A stretch of DNA of 64,000 nucleotides from Pristiophorus japonicus (GCF_044704955.1 NC_091994.1:48670001-48734000), one strand, 5' to 3'. Positions 12,974-25,504 are shown, numbered from the stretch's first letter. Notes: generated by a model from the sequence alone, not told the origin. Made by a program: numbers and translations.

Positions 12974-13245
12974 GGTCCAAGCTCTGCAGTCATACGTGGC
13001 ACTGTCTTCAACTTTCAGGTCATTGATTCGCAGAGAAAATGTCTTTGCTCCCTTGTTGACTGATTCAACATATCGTCCGCCAATCGTGATGCTTTTCCGA
13101 TTTGATGAATCCGTGTTTTTCCGATACCATGCTGTGTCATACAAACCATGGCTGGTGTCAGTTAGGATGCAGTTGATGGTCAGGGATTCGCCTGCCTTTT
13201 TCGTTGCCGTTCTTGGTGTTTGGTCTAATCTTATACTGAAGGCAT
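12974..13245 (-). CDS. IgNAR variable (VNAR) germline V exon, type IV/IIb-like
   Basis: After acceptor TTCAG: (N)[93 protein letters not shown] hallmarks GESLTINC and GGRYVESVN, no CDR2, only the two canonical Cys. Confidence 0.96.
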
Positions 13246-13386
13246 CTGAATGGAGAAAATATATTTAATGCATCGCGTATCTGAAACAATACAAGAGTTT
13301 AAAGGCAGGGCAGTTTCCACAACCGAGACGCAGCCACACAGTTTTATCCAAATTAACATTTAATCTCTTTATTAAGTATCACTTAC

Positions 13387-13429
13387 TCGGTAACCAGGCT
13401 AATAGGACCGAAACCCAGAAAATATTCAT
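13387..13429 (-). CDS. IgNAR leader exon
   Basis: MNIFWVSVLLAWLP followed by phase-1 donor GTAAGT (13386-13381); splices in frame to the V exon. Confidence 0.94.
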
Positions 13430-13510
13430 TGTTTCTTCACCAGTGGGGAGCAATTTAACAAGAGCCCAACACCGACTGTTCTGTGCAACCGTGTGTGTCT
13501 GAACACCGAC

Positions 13511-13518
13511 CTTATAAA
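13511..13518 (-). promoter_or_regulatory. Candidate TATA box of the V promoter
   Basis: TTTATAAG about 82 bp upstream of the leader ATG. Confidence 0.5.
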
Positions 13519-13532
13519 CCTCAAGAGAAAAC

Positions 13533-14856
13533 ATTTCAAAATATATACTTTATTCATATAAAAATTTGCACGATACATTGGAAGGCAGTTCAGTACATTT
13601 GGATGCGGTCAGCAATTCTATACAATACATTTGGATGCTGACGGCAGTTCCGTTCAATACATTTGCTTGCTTTACATTTCAGGGTACAATTCAGTACAAT
13701 CCAGGATACAGTGTAATACAGTCATCAAATTACGCTACATGTGGCACTATACAGTACACGGAATGAGTGAGGGTACAGTTACATTTCTTTACAACATACA
13801 TTACTAAACAGTTGCTGAACTTGCATTATACATGGCACTGCATACGTGTTTTCAGATCATGGTGCTCTATGTATACATAGGTTTACAAGTACAGCCCGAG
13901 GGGAGTTTTATACTGATTCCAGCCCCTGGGTTTACCGTAGTGGAAGGGCCTTAAACTGTGGCTCTTCCCCACCGTGCCTTTGCGGCGACTGCACCAATTT
14001 TTAGTGCATCCCTCAGCGCGTACTCCTGGATCTTGGATTGAGCCAGTCTGCAAAATGCAGACGTGGATATCGCCTTGGTCTGGAAGACCAGCAAATTTCG
14101 GCAAGACCTAAGTGCGTCTTTCACCGAGTTGATGGCCCTCCAGCAGCAGATGATGTCTGTCTCGGTGTGTGTCCCTGGGAACAGTCCATAGAGCACAGAG
14201 TCCTGTGTTACGGAGTTGCTTGCGATGAACCTCGACAGCAACCACTGCATCTCCTTCCAGACCTGCCTTGCAAAGGGGCAGTCCCAAAGGAGATGGATAA
14301 CAGTCTCGTCCGCACCACAGCCAATTCGGGTGCAGAGTGCCATGTCTCTGAAACCCCGGCTGTGCATGAAGGATCTGACGGGTAGGACCCTTCTCACCGC
14401 CAACCAAGCTACGTCTTGGTGCTTGTGTGAAAGTTCTGGCGATGAGACATTCTGCCAAACGATTTTGACAGACTGCTCGGGGAACCGTCCGACAGGATCT
14501 ATCATCGCCTTCTTTTGTAGGGCATCCAGGACCTTGCGTGCCGACCACTGCTTTATGGCCTTGTGGTCAAAAGTGTTTTTCTTGAAAAACTTTTCCACGA
14601 AGGACAGGTGCTGAGGCATGGTCCAACTGCTCGGAGTGTCCCGCGGCAGCCTGGCCAGACCCATCCTTCGCAACACCGGGGACAGATAGAATCTCAGCAC
14701 GTACTGACACTTGGCAATTGCGTATGAAGGGTCTATGCACAGCTTGATGCAGCCACACACAAAGGAGGCCATCAGGATGAGGGCCACGTTCAGAACATCC
14801 TTTCCCCCCTTGTCCAGAGATTTGTACATCGTGTCTCTGCAGACATAGTCCATTTT
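13533..14856 (-). mobile_element. Tx1/L1-like LINE 3' fragment
   Basis: 300-aa ORF 13951-14853 resembles an ORF2 C-terminus (C..GC...ETVIHLLWDC zinc-binding motif); 3' UTR ends TGAATAAAGTATATATTTTGAAA near 13535-13556. Confidence 0.85.
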
Positions 14857-15146
14857 ACATGGGCTTATTTACATGGGGCGGAGGAGAGACCAATAGCAGT
14901 GAGTATAGCTCACGGGCTGTGATGGGCTGCATTGTGTCCCCTCTCTCCATCGTCACAATGGTGGCACCTGCACCGATTAACATGAAGAGATCTGTAGTGA
15001 TCGAGAGCACATGCTGCATGGTGCACGGTAACCGTGTTTGATTTGTTTGCATCTGCACTGATTGTGTTTCCTTACTTTCCTACTTTAATAATTTGCAATA
15101 CTTTAATGCTATATGAATAATCATATCCACCGTTACCCATTCTGGA

Positions 15147-16110
15147 TTGAGTGTAACGTAGCCAAGTTTTCTGACGATACAAAGATACAAAGATGGGAGG
15201 AAAAGCAATGTGTGAGCAGGGCACAAAAAATCTGCAAAAGGACATAGACAGGCTAAGTGAGCGGGTAAAAATTTGGCAGATGGATTATAATGTTGGAAAG
15301 TGTGAGGTTATGCACTTTGGCAGAAAAAAAATAAAGGGCAAGTTATTATTTAAATGGAGAAAAATTGCAAAGGGCTGCAGTACAGAGGGACCTGGGGGTA
15401 CTTGTGCATGAAACACAAAAGGTTAGTATGCAGGTACAGCATGTGTTCAGGAAGGTCAATGGAATCTTGGCCTTTATTGCAAAGGGGATGGAATATAAAA
15501 GCAAGGATGTCTTGCTACAGTTATCCAGGGTATTGTTGAGGCCACACATGGAATACTGCGTGCAGTTTTGGTTTCCATACTTAAGAAAGGATATACTTGC
15601 TTTGGAGGCAGTTCAGAGAAGGTTCACTAGGTAGATTCCGGGGATGAGGGGGTTGACTTATGAGGAACGGTTGACGAGGTTGGGCCTCTACTCATTGGCA
15701 TTCAGAAGAATGAGAGGTGATCTTATCGAAATGTATATGCTTATGAGGGGGCTTGACAAGGTGGATACAGAGAGGATGTTTCCACTGATAGGGGAGACTA
15801 GAACTAGAAAGCATAATCTTAGAATAAGGGGCCGCCCATTTAAAACTGAGATGAGGAGGAATTGCTTCTCTCAGAGGGTTGTAACTCTGTGGAATTCGTT
15901 GCCTCAGAGAGCTGTGGAGGTTGGGCCATTAAATACATTTAAGACAGAGATAGACAGTTTCTTAACAGATAAGGGATTAAGCAGTTTTGGGGAGCGGGCG
16001 GGGAAGTGGACCTGTGTCCATGATCGGATCTGCCATGATCTTATTAAATGGCGGAGCAGGCTCGAGGGGCGGAATGGCCTACTCCTGCTCCTTTTTTTTA
16101 TGTTCTTATG
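15147..16110 (+). mobile_element. CR1 LINE 3' fragment
   Basis: RT C-terminal peptides (RPHMEYCVQFW, RMRGDLIE) and TTCTTATG tail. Confidence 0.9.
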
Positions 16111-16329
16111 TCAGCTTGACACAGCGAATGCAGCAGCATGTACTCACTCAAATAATTACTACTGAACCTCTAATTCCTTGACTGTGACAAACTGAGCACG
16201 CCCCCCACCACCGTCCCGCGGTAAGTGACTACCAGCCCCGAGCTCGACACCAGGCGTGCTAATACAACCAGAACTGCAGTTTGGGTTGTGCTGTGATCTC
16301 TCAATCTTTAGTCATCTAGTTTGTAATTT

Positions 16330-17420
16330 ATTTGGACTTTAAGGAAGCCTTTGACAAGTTACTATCACAGAAATTAAGTAAAGGGTAACGAGTACAGAAT
16401 TAAAGAGTGGAGAGCCCACTGCATTAATAGAGATTAGAAGAGAGAACGAGAGCTCATTATATTCGAAGGGGTTGGAAGTGAATGAAGAGATCCCAAAGGA
16501 AGCGATCCTGGGGATTCCACCATTCACCGCTTATATCAAACATATGGATCCATGACTAGGGAGAGTGGTGCCGAAATATGAACATGACACCAAAAAAGGA
16601 GGTATCCTTAATTATTTATTAGACCAACAGAAGCTGCAAAGGGAGTATGATACAAAGGAGGACTGAGCTGAATAGTCTCAGATGGAATTCAATATCAGCA
16701 AGCATGAGTTGATGGATTTTTGTAAATAGAATATTAATTATACCCTGAATGGAAGTAGGCTCCGTGCGGTGGAAGAGAAGTAGGCAACTCAACTTGAAAA
16801 AGGCTGATAAAAAGCTAATGGGAATCTAAGAGATCTTAAGAGATTATCTTAAGAGATATAGAATATAAAAACCAAGAGGCAATATTGAGCCTATACAGAA
16901 CCTGAATAAGACTTCAGCTAGGGAATTGTGTGCAGTATTCGGCTCCACACTATAATATGGATATTGAGGATTTAAAGAGTGGAGAACACAGAATCACTAG
17001 CATGCTGACTGGAATGATGAGATATAAATATGTAAAAAGATTTGAAAATTGCTCCTTTTTTTTCGATGAATTAGATTACGGGTCATTATAATAAAAATGT
17101 TTGAAATTATGAAAGAATGCGATAGGATAGATATAAAAAGGTTATTTCCAATATTTTGGGGGGGGGGTTGTTGGGAGGCATTAACAGAAACGTCTTCACA
17201 CAGAGAGTTGGGAGACTGTGGCATTCATTTCCAGGGTTAATGTGTGGGGCAGAAACTTTGTCAATATTCACGATTGTATTGGAGAGGTGGCTGTAGCACA
17301 GAGTGTTGAAGGAATGTGGATGAGGACGGGTACATGTGATTAGAACTATTTGCGTGTGTGGAGGGTAAACACCAACATTGACTGATTGGGTCTACTGGTC
17401 TGATTCCGTGATGTAACCTG
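16330..17420 (+). mobile_element. Old, highly decayed CR1-like LINE fragment
   Basis: Residual DFKEAFDK, YDDTK-like and CVQYSAPHY motifs with many stops. Confidence 0.65.
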
Positions 17421-18013
17421 TAAATATTTCTAAATATTCGGTTCATACCATGAAGAGCTGTATATTTAATATTCTCACTGCACAAGTGAATTTTATAATC
17501 ACTCAAGCTTGGTGTTATCTGTGAATTTAGTTACGTCGCATTGACACTTTAGCTGCCTAACATTATAAATGTAATTAATTCAACCTCTATGTACCAGCGA
17601 CACATCCAATGCGAACATGGACCCCTGCTGGTTGATAGGGGCTTGTCCATCCGCCTTAGCACCTTACAAGTAATGGGGCAGATGCCAGGCCGCTCCTCCA
17701 GCAGCCCAAAGCCGGTAACAGCCTTTATCTGGTCTAGAGATGACCAGAGTTGACACCACAGAACACAAGCAGCCAGTTACAGTAGCTCCGACCGAAACAA
17801 CAGAAGGCAAGATGAGGCAAAAAGGGAAGCTTATTTCAGATATCCAAAGCAAAATATTGCAAAAAACCTAGAGGAGTGTAGCAAGTGTGGGGTGAAATTA
17901 AAAAGGAAATTAGGAAAGCAAAGATAGGCCAAGAAAAATATTGGCAAGTAACATCACGGAAAACCTAAATATGTTTGAAAATACATAAATAGTAAGAGTA
18001 TATGCATAAATAC

Positions 18014-18374
18014 TGTTAGATCTCTTAATTTCCAATGAAATACGAACTCCGATGGTAGTTTTAACTTTTTAAATCTTTCCAGAGAGCAACAAACTTCTTG
18101 GCTTCAAGCCAGGTCTTTGTTCTTACTGAGACACATGGTCAAAATTGCTGTATTTTATACCTGGATCAATTTACAGAAAAGAACTCACCTTCTTTGACCT
18201 TATTGGCTCAATTGAAAGTCTTTTAACGTTTTATTGGATCGCTACCCAAGGTCCGAAAATGTCAAGTTGATTGATGAGTTAATGTAACATGCTGAGCAGC
18301 ATGTAGTAGCTTTGACTTGGGGGTCTGTGAATTTTCAAAGCCTGTCTAAATGAGCCTGTTTGAATACTCTATCA
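18014..18374 (-). repeat. ERV-2 3' LTR
   Basis: Direct repeat of 22696-23055; TG...CA termini. Confidence 0.95.
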
Positions 18375-18649
18375 ATCCCCCCTTTGATTCTTTCACAAAC
18401 TGAATCATAAAACTTCAGGTATCACTGGTTAAACATTCTACAAAATAATTTCATACATGTTAATAGAGTTTCCTTCCAAAATTTGTTGATGTGTTTCACC
18501 ACATGTCCGGACTAGTAGCTTCCACACAAATTTACACCAACCCAAGTTCCATCATGGCCACAATGGAAGTCTGGGTTTAATAGGTTAATTAACCTTATTC
18601 CAATTTAATCCAAATCAATATCTTAGTTCAACCAGTAAATAACCTTTCC

Positions 18650-19993
18650 TTAAGCATAACATATCCCTGTGCCATGTACAAATGGTCTGCTGGGACCTGC
18701 AAGGTGTCTCACCTGTGGGACAGCAGCTACAGCTGCCTGGTCGCAACAACATTTAATCAACATAAACAAACAATATAAAAGTAAAACAATTACAACAAAT
18801 AGAATTAAACCTTCCACCAATGAAGTTCCTATTGAACCTAGCCATTCAGTGGCTCCACTCCACAAAGTGAATGATGGGGGTTGCTGAAGTTTTTCTACCT
18901 CCTTTTGGATATGTTCCGCTAAGTGGGTAATTTCTTCGGAGCTATCTGGGATATATGTGCAACACTCAGTTCCGAGTAGGGCGCAAGTACCTCCCTTTTC
19001 AGCCAGGATGTAATCAAGGGCCAGTCTATTCTGTAGGGCTACTGTGCAGATTGCTACCATTTCTGCATTGATTTTAACTAGGGCCTCTGAGGTATCATTG
19101 GCTACTCGTTTCACAACGGATGCCATGTTAATGGATTCCCTTGCGGTCCCATACCCAGGGATCAGAATGGCAAAGAACCTCTCTGTTTCTGTGATAGCTC
19201 TCTTAGGACGGTGTAAATGTTCCGACAGTGACTTTATATGATACATATAAGGCACAATGTAGGCTAAATAGCAGGACCCCATCCAATTCTGGGGCAGCCA
19301 AGGGTAGGCCTTGTGGCCACACACCCAATAGGTGCTATTATATGCAATGAATGTTAGCTGTTTCTTTGTCAGCAACACTCCGGGGCCTGTCCAGGCTTTT
19401 CCATCTGTTTTATTCAGAATCCCCGTTACGTTAAAAATTCCCACATCGGCCCAGTTTGGACGGTTCCGTGGCTTGATTATATTATAATTCCGGGAGCAGT
19501 TACTATACCCCATATTTTGGCCTCCTTTGATGTTTCTAATCAGACAGACCGATTCCCCCGGTCTTCCTATTCCCGTTGTATTAGTGATAACAAAAAATGG
19601 GGGCCGTTTGGAATTATTGTACCACGGTTGGTATCCCCCTTCAAAGGTAGTCAGATTGTAACCTGCTGACTTCCATTTACGTGCCCAGTTTTCCATATTC
19701 TGAAACGCATTGCCTGTTTTATTTTGATTAATTATCCACTCAGCCATTTCCGAGATATTCAAGGGAACTGGCCTCAAGGGAATCCCTCCCTTTGAGTGAA
19801 TAGGAATATGCGCACACACCCAACAACTAGAAATGTTACCTTGTTTGGCATAAATGTATGACATATATAAAAAGGTACTTACATGTAATTCCCTTGCTAC
19901 CCTACTATTTCCCTTTGGTGCAGAAGGTCGGCTAGTAAGAAGTAGGCCTATGCCTAGAATACCTACAATCAATAATACAGTACATTTATACAT
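18650..19993 (-). CDS. env: ERV-2 envelope (gamma-type), open ORF of 447 aa
   Basis: Signal peptide, CWVC, furin site RPKR, ISD LQNRLALDYILAEKGGTC, CX6CC (CALLGTECC), TM anchor. Confidence 0.93.
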   Translation of the reverse strand: MYKCTVLLIVGILGIGLLLTSRPSAPKGNSRVARELHVSTFLYMSYIYAKQGNISSCWVCAHIPIHSKGGIPLRPVPLNISEMAEWIINQNKTGNAFQNMENWARKWKSAGYNLTTFEGGYQPWYNNSKRPPFFVITNTTGIGRPGESVCLIRNIKGGQNMGYSNCSRNYNIIKPRNRPNWADVGIFNVTGILNKTDGKAWTGPGVLLTKKQLTFIAYNSTYWVCGHKAYPWLPQNWMGSCYLAYIVPYMYHIKSLSEHLHRPKRAITETERFFAILIPGYGTARESINMASVVKRVANDTSEALVKINAEMVAICTVALQNRLALDYILAEKGGTCALLGTECCTYIPDSSEEITHLAEHIQKEVEKLQQPPSFTLWSGATEWLGSIGTSLVEGLILFVVIVLLLYCLFMLIKCCCDQAAVAAVPQVRHLAGPSRPFVHGTGICYA

Positions 19994-20017
19994 TTTCGCA
20001 AAAAGTAATTGTCCTTA

Positions 20018-20778
20018 TTAGATTTCAGCTTCAGTTACGGGTGCTCGTTTAACGTGTGAAGCGTGGATCCAGGCTTTCTTTCCTTGGACTTTAACAGCTG
20101 CCTGGGTGGTCAATAACACTTGATAAGGTCCCTCCCACTTGGCACCCAAAGGTTCTTTATGCAACTTTTTCACATAGACCCAGACTCCCGGGATGATGTC
20201 GTGTCCTCCTTCGGGTGGATTACCCCAAGCTGCCGATACCTGTCTGGAAACAGAACTAATAGCATTGGTTAAGTTCTGACAGTATGATAACAAAGTGTCA
20301 CTCATTAAGTGAACATCAGCTTTCCTTAAATCGATAGTTCCCGGCAGCGACATGGGTCTTCCTGTTATAATTTCAAATGGGCTTAGACCTGTAGTTCTGT
20401 TCGGGGTTGCCCTAATGCTACATAGCACTATTGGTAGTGCCTGGGGCCATGGTGTTCGTTCAATTCTTCTTTCTTCAAAGTTCTAATTGACCATGTCACC
20501 CGACCATCCTCGAAATGCAACGATGAATCTATTTGGATTAGAACGTCCATTCCCAAAAGGGGTTGATCTACTGGGCCTATCCAGACCAGTGTGGTTAGTT
20601 CATGTGGACCCAGCCCGAAAAGTACCGGTGTTGTCCTTTTAATTTTATGGCCTCCAACTCCATAGGCTGTACGTGCCCTACCATCCAACGGCAAAAAGTC
20701 TCCATATTGTAGGGGTAAGCATGTTAATTCCGCCCCTGTGTCTAAAAGACAGTCCACATCCTTATCGCCCACCCTCAC
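20018..20778 (-). pseudogene. pol: ERV-2 pol remnant: protease joined by deletion to the integrase C-terminus
   Basis: LLDTGA protease (20428-20778); junction about 20452 into PWPQALPIVLCSIRATP...WEGPYQVLL; no RT, RNase H or IN core. Confidence 0.9.
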
Positions 20779-20840
20779 AGTTATATATAGCCCATCTCCC
20801 CTTTGTTATATTAGTGTGAGGAGGGGGGCCAGGGTGGGCT

Positions 20841-22436
20841 CTAATCGTTTTTTGCTATCCCAAGTAACTCCTTCTGTTGTTGTATTGTCAGTCGCTTAAA
20901 TGCTTCTATGAGGTCGTTATCTTGTGACAAGCCTGGCTTGTTGGTTGAATTGTATCCCTGGCTGCGTCCTCTTCCCCAGCCATGACCTTTCTGTTTTGCC
21001 CTGCACGTCTTGGCCCAGTGACATTCTTTCCCACAATAATGACATTTTCCGGGTAATTTTCCTAATGACTGCTTATCGGAATCCTGGGATTTCCATCCCA
21101 TAGCCTGTACAGCTCGGACTTTAGCTCCCATATCCCGATCTAATTGGTTACATCGATCCACCAATGCTGCAAAGGTAGTTCCTCTACCTTCCCAGTCCGG
21201 TAACACTACCTTAAGCATTTTGGACAGTTCTGGCTTTAGACCTGCCACGAAAGCTGCTTTCAGGGGTCCAAACGCTTGTTCATCCATTTCCTCATCCGTA
21301 TTATTCATACCCAAATGTTCTAGCCACGTGCATCTAAACCGCTAGTCATACTCCAGGACCTCCTCTGTTCCTTTCTGTTGGCAGGCTGCAATTTTTCCCC
21401 AGTCTGTCTTAGCTGGACTGAAGGCTTGCAGCCAATGTTTAATCGCCTCCCATCCTGCGTCTAATTCTTGCTCATTCTGCCCCAAAGCTTCATCTATCTT
21501 GTCGTGCAATTTTCTGTGTTTTTGGCACCATTATGGTCAAAATTTGCACTCCGTCCCAGGGATGAAGTTGATATATATTTCTTAAGCGGTCCAATTGGTC
21601 CCACGTTTTTACTCCCCCTTTCTTTGGATTGGGCAATTCCTTGGACATTTATCAATTTTCTCTGGGTCTGCTGGATCATGAACTAAGTATTCTTCATACA
21701 CCCTTCTCTTTGTTTTTTTGGTTCCGCCCTCATCCGCAGTCTCTTCTGATTTGACTACAACTCGTCTTTTTTTAAACGGGGCAAAGCGTACCCCTAATTC
21801 TTCATCATCCTCCGACACTGTATTGTCGGAGGATTCAGAAACCGTATCTATTCCTCGGTCGTGTCTTCGGGTTTGCGCTTTTAATTTATCCAAACATGGG
21901 TACCCTGGGAATTGATCAATACATTTTCCTTTTCCTATTACTGTCTCTTGACCTAATGATTTTTTCCATTCTTTAATTTCACCTTTAAGATCTTTAACTT
22001 CCGCTTCCAGCTTTTCAAGTTCAAGCTTTTTCTATTGCAGCTGTGCACAAACTGCTTGCAATTGATCCTTTGTACTGGTCAGTTCTCGATCATGTTGGGA
22101 ATGCATTATAATTTCATTCCGGTTTCGAATCTGGCCCATAACCGCTAGGGACCACCTAGTTCGCTCTTTATTTTTCATACGGGTCATTTTTCCCCAGACC
22201 CTTTTAATCTCGTCCAAGGACCATTGTCCTTTGGAGGTTCCGTACTTTTGTTCGATCTTAATACAGGTTTTAGATAAGTTGAATTGTTGCTCTATGTATT
22301 CTTTCAACTGTTCGAGAATTAAATCTAGCGAAACTTGAGATGGTGCCTGCCCACCTTTAACAGTTGTAGGCAATTCTTTGTTCTTGTCTCCTGCTGCCAT
22401 TTCTTTACTAAGTTCTTTACTGGGGTCTCGAGTCAT
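20841..22436 (-). pseudogene. gag: ERV-2 gag, disrupted
   Basis: Fragmented ORFs; capsid-like AFVAGLKPEL; CCHC knuckle CHYCGKECHWAKTC; ends in TAG. Confidence 0.85.
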
Positions 22437-22695
22437 AGGCCTGCTAGCCGAGCAATAGGTTGGTGATTAATTAACTAACACACCGCCGAAGTTTAGACGT
22501 CTATGGGACCTCAAGCCAACTACCAACCGGAGGGTTCGCAAACCGGAGGCTTTCGGAATTGCATAGAAGGAGAGGCGAATTTAGACTTTTGACCGAGGAC
22601 TTTTTTTTAAAAAGAGGAGTCCTTATCTCAAAATGTAGGTCTGATGTCTAAAATTCAGTTTCTTTCCTCAGCGATCCTGTTCGCAGCGCCAACAT

Positions 22696-23055
22696 TGTTA
22701 AATCTCTTAATTTCCAATGAAATACAAACTCCGATGGTAGTTTTAACTTTTTAATCTTTCCAGAGAGCAACAAACTTCTTGGCTTCAAGCCAGGTCTTTG
22801 TTCTTACTGAGACACGTGGTCAAAATGGCTGTACTTTATACCTGGATCAATTTACAGAAAAGAACTCACCTTCTTTGGCCTTATTGGCTCAATTGAAAGT
22901 CTTTTAACGTTTTATTGGCTCGCTACCCAAGGTCCGAAAATGTCAAGTTGATTGATGAGTTAATGCAACATGCTGAACTGCATGTAGTAGCTTCGACTTG
23001 GGGGTCTGTGAATTTTCAAAGCCTGTCTAAATGAGCCTGTTTGAATACTCTATCA
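22696..23055 (-). repeat. ERV-2 5' LTR
   Basis: Direct repeat of 18014-18374; adjacent to PBS. Confidence 0.95.
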
Positions 23056-24670
23056 AATACATAAAGAGTATATACATAAAAATAAATAAATACATAAATA
23101 GTAAGAGGGTAATGAAGGAAAGAGTATGACCTATTACAAACCAAAACGGTAAATGTGTGTAGAGGTGGTTCTTAATGAATACTTCGCGTTTGTCTTCACA
23201 AAAGAGAGGGACGATGCAGGCATTGAAATTAAGGAGGAAATATTAGATGAGATAAACATTATGAGAGAGGAAGTATTATGGAGTTTAACATCTTTGAAAT
23301 TAGATAAATCGCCAGGCCCGGATGAAATGCATCTCAGGTAGTTAAGCAAGACAGGTGAGGAAATAGCCGAGATTCCAGTTATCATTTTCCAACCTATCTG
23401 TCCACAGGCATGGCGCCATGGCCGCTAACATTATATCATTGTTTAAAACGGGAGAAAAGGATAGACTGAGTAATTACAGGTCAGTTAGCCTAACCTGGTG
23501 GGCAAAGAATGTTGATGACGGTCGTGCATTTGATGTAGCCTACATTGATTTTAGCAAGGCTTCTTGACAGGGTCCCATATGGAAGACTGGTCAGAAAAGT
23601 CAAAGTCCATGGGCTCCAAGGAAAAGTGGCAAGTTGCATCCAAAGTTGGCTCAGTGGCAGAAAGTAAAGTGTAATGGGGGTCAGGTGTTTCTGTGACTGG
23701 AAGGCTGGTGTTCCACAGGGCTCAGCACTCGGTCTCTTTCTTTTTGTGGTATATATCAATGATGTAGACTTCAATGTAGGGGTAGGATTTAGAATTGCAA
23801 ATTTTATAAAAATTAGCCATGTGGTTGATGGTGTAGAAGAAAGCTGTAAATTGCAGGACTGGTCAGATGGGAAGAACAGTGGTAAATGGAATTCAATCCA
23901 GAGAAGTGTGAGGTAATGCATTTGTGAAGGGCCACAATAAATGGATGACTCTGAGAAGTCTAGAGGAATAGAGATAACTTGGAGTGCGGGTCCACAGATC
24001 ACTGAAGGCAGTAGGACAGGTAGATAAGGTGGTTAAGAATGCATACGGAATGCTTGCCTTTATTAGCCAAGGCATAGAATATAACAGCCGGAGGTTATTC
24101 TTTGACTGTACAAAAATCTAGTTAGTCTACAGCTGGAGTATTGCATGCAGTTCTAGTCACCCCATTACAGGAAATAGGTGATTTAACTAAAGAGGGTACA
24201 GAGGAGATTTAAAAAGATGTTGCCAGGACTGGAGAATTATACCTTTGAGGATAAATTGGATATGCTGGGGTTGTTTGTATTGTAACATAGGCGGCTGAGG
24301 AGAGATTTAATTGGGTTGTATAAATTTATGAGGGGCCTAGATAGAGTGGATATGAAGGAGCAGTTTCCCCTAGCAGAGGGGTCAATAACCAGGGAGTATA
24401 GATTCTAAGTAATTGGTAGAAGGATTAGAGGGGAGTTGAGGAGGACGTCTTCACCCAGAGCGTAGTTGGTGTGTGGAACTCACTGCCTGACAGGGTGGTA
24501 GAGACTCAAACCCTCATCACATTTATAAAGTATTTGGATAATCGCTTAAAGTGCCATAACTGTCAAGGTTACGGACCAAGTAGGATTAGACCGGATAGCT
24601 CTTTTCCGGCCGACACAGACACGATGGGCCGAAGGTGCTCCTTCTGTGTCGTAAATGGCTCTGATTGTAT
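23056..24670 (+). mobile_element. Old CR1 LINE hosting ERV-2 (5' part about 17850-18013)
   Basis: KSPGPDEMH and GVPQGSALG motifs, decayed. Confidence 0.8.
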
Positions 24671-25504
24671 GATCCTAACATGCACGATATCCTTAAAAGC
24701 AGCAAACCACGTTCCCATTGGAAGGCACATGTGAAAATTTCTCTCTAGAGCAGAGACATGTTCTCGCTGAACCCATCATGTTGGCTGAGTCTACCGGCAC
24801 ACAGGAGGCCAACATGATCAATTTACTCAATAGACACTGGTCTCTCTGTGAGCGACAAGGGATGGGTATTCCGCTGCTGGCCTGTGCACGGGCTCCTGGA
24901 GTGCCAACCATGAAATAGCGCCCCCTCTCGTGTTCTTCCGACCATTAATGTCAGTGGGCAATCAATTCGTGGCTGGAAATGTTTTGTTTGGCGCTTCTGG
25001 AGCGGAAGATCTCAGCGATGATCTGATGTCACCATCCAAATTGCTTGTGGTCGGTATTTGCTGAAATAGAAACATAGAAATTTACAGCGCAGAAGGAGGC
25101 CATTTCGGCCCATCGTATCCGTGTCGGCCGACAAAGAGCTACACGGTCCTCGGTCAGCAGCCCTGATTTTTACATATAAACCTATGAACAATGAGTAATG
25201 GCGGACAGATAATGTGCCTTCAGTAATTCGATCCACGCCAGAATAATGATCATGTAATCAAAAGGGATGTCATCAGGCGGGGATTGTCGTTCATAACCTT
25301 GGCCATCTCACCTGGGAACCTGAAAGTGTTAATGGACCAGGGTAGAGTTCACACCATGACAGTGATTTCCGGTCTGATTATTACTGATGTTAACTCAGTC
25401 TGATTTCTGATTTATGAGCATTCATTCCAGCGGATATCACTGCCTGGAGATCAGTGCTGATGACAGTGGCGGATCAGCATTTCCAATGTTGCGAAGCGTT
25501 TTCC

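Larger units (their letters stand above)
18014..23055 (-). mobile_element. Endogenous retrovirus ERV-2, internally deleted (gag, pro, IN C-terminus, env)
   Basis: LTRs 22696-23055 and 18014-18374 (about 11 substitutions and 1 indel by eye); TSD AATAC on both sides; Lys-like PBS TGGCGCTGCGAACAGGA at about 22675-22691; PPT AAAGGGGGGAT beside the 3' LTR. Confidence 0.95.

Noticed and set aside
24916-24933. Single CTCF-like site (AGGGGGCGCTA on the minus strand)
   Set aside because: The 5' half does not match the core; an isolated partial match is expected by chance.
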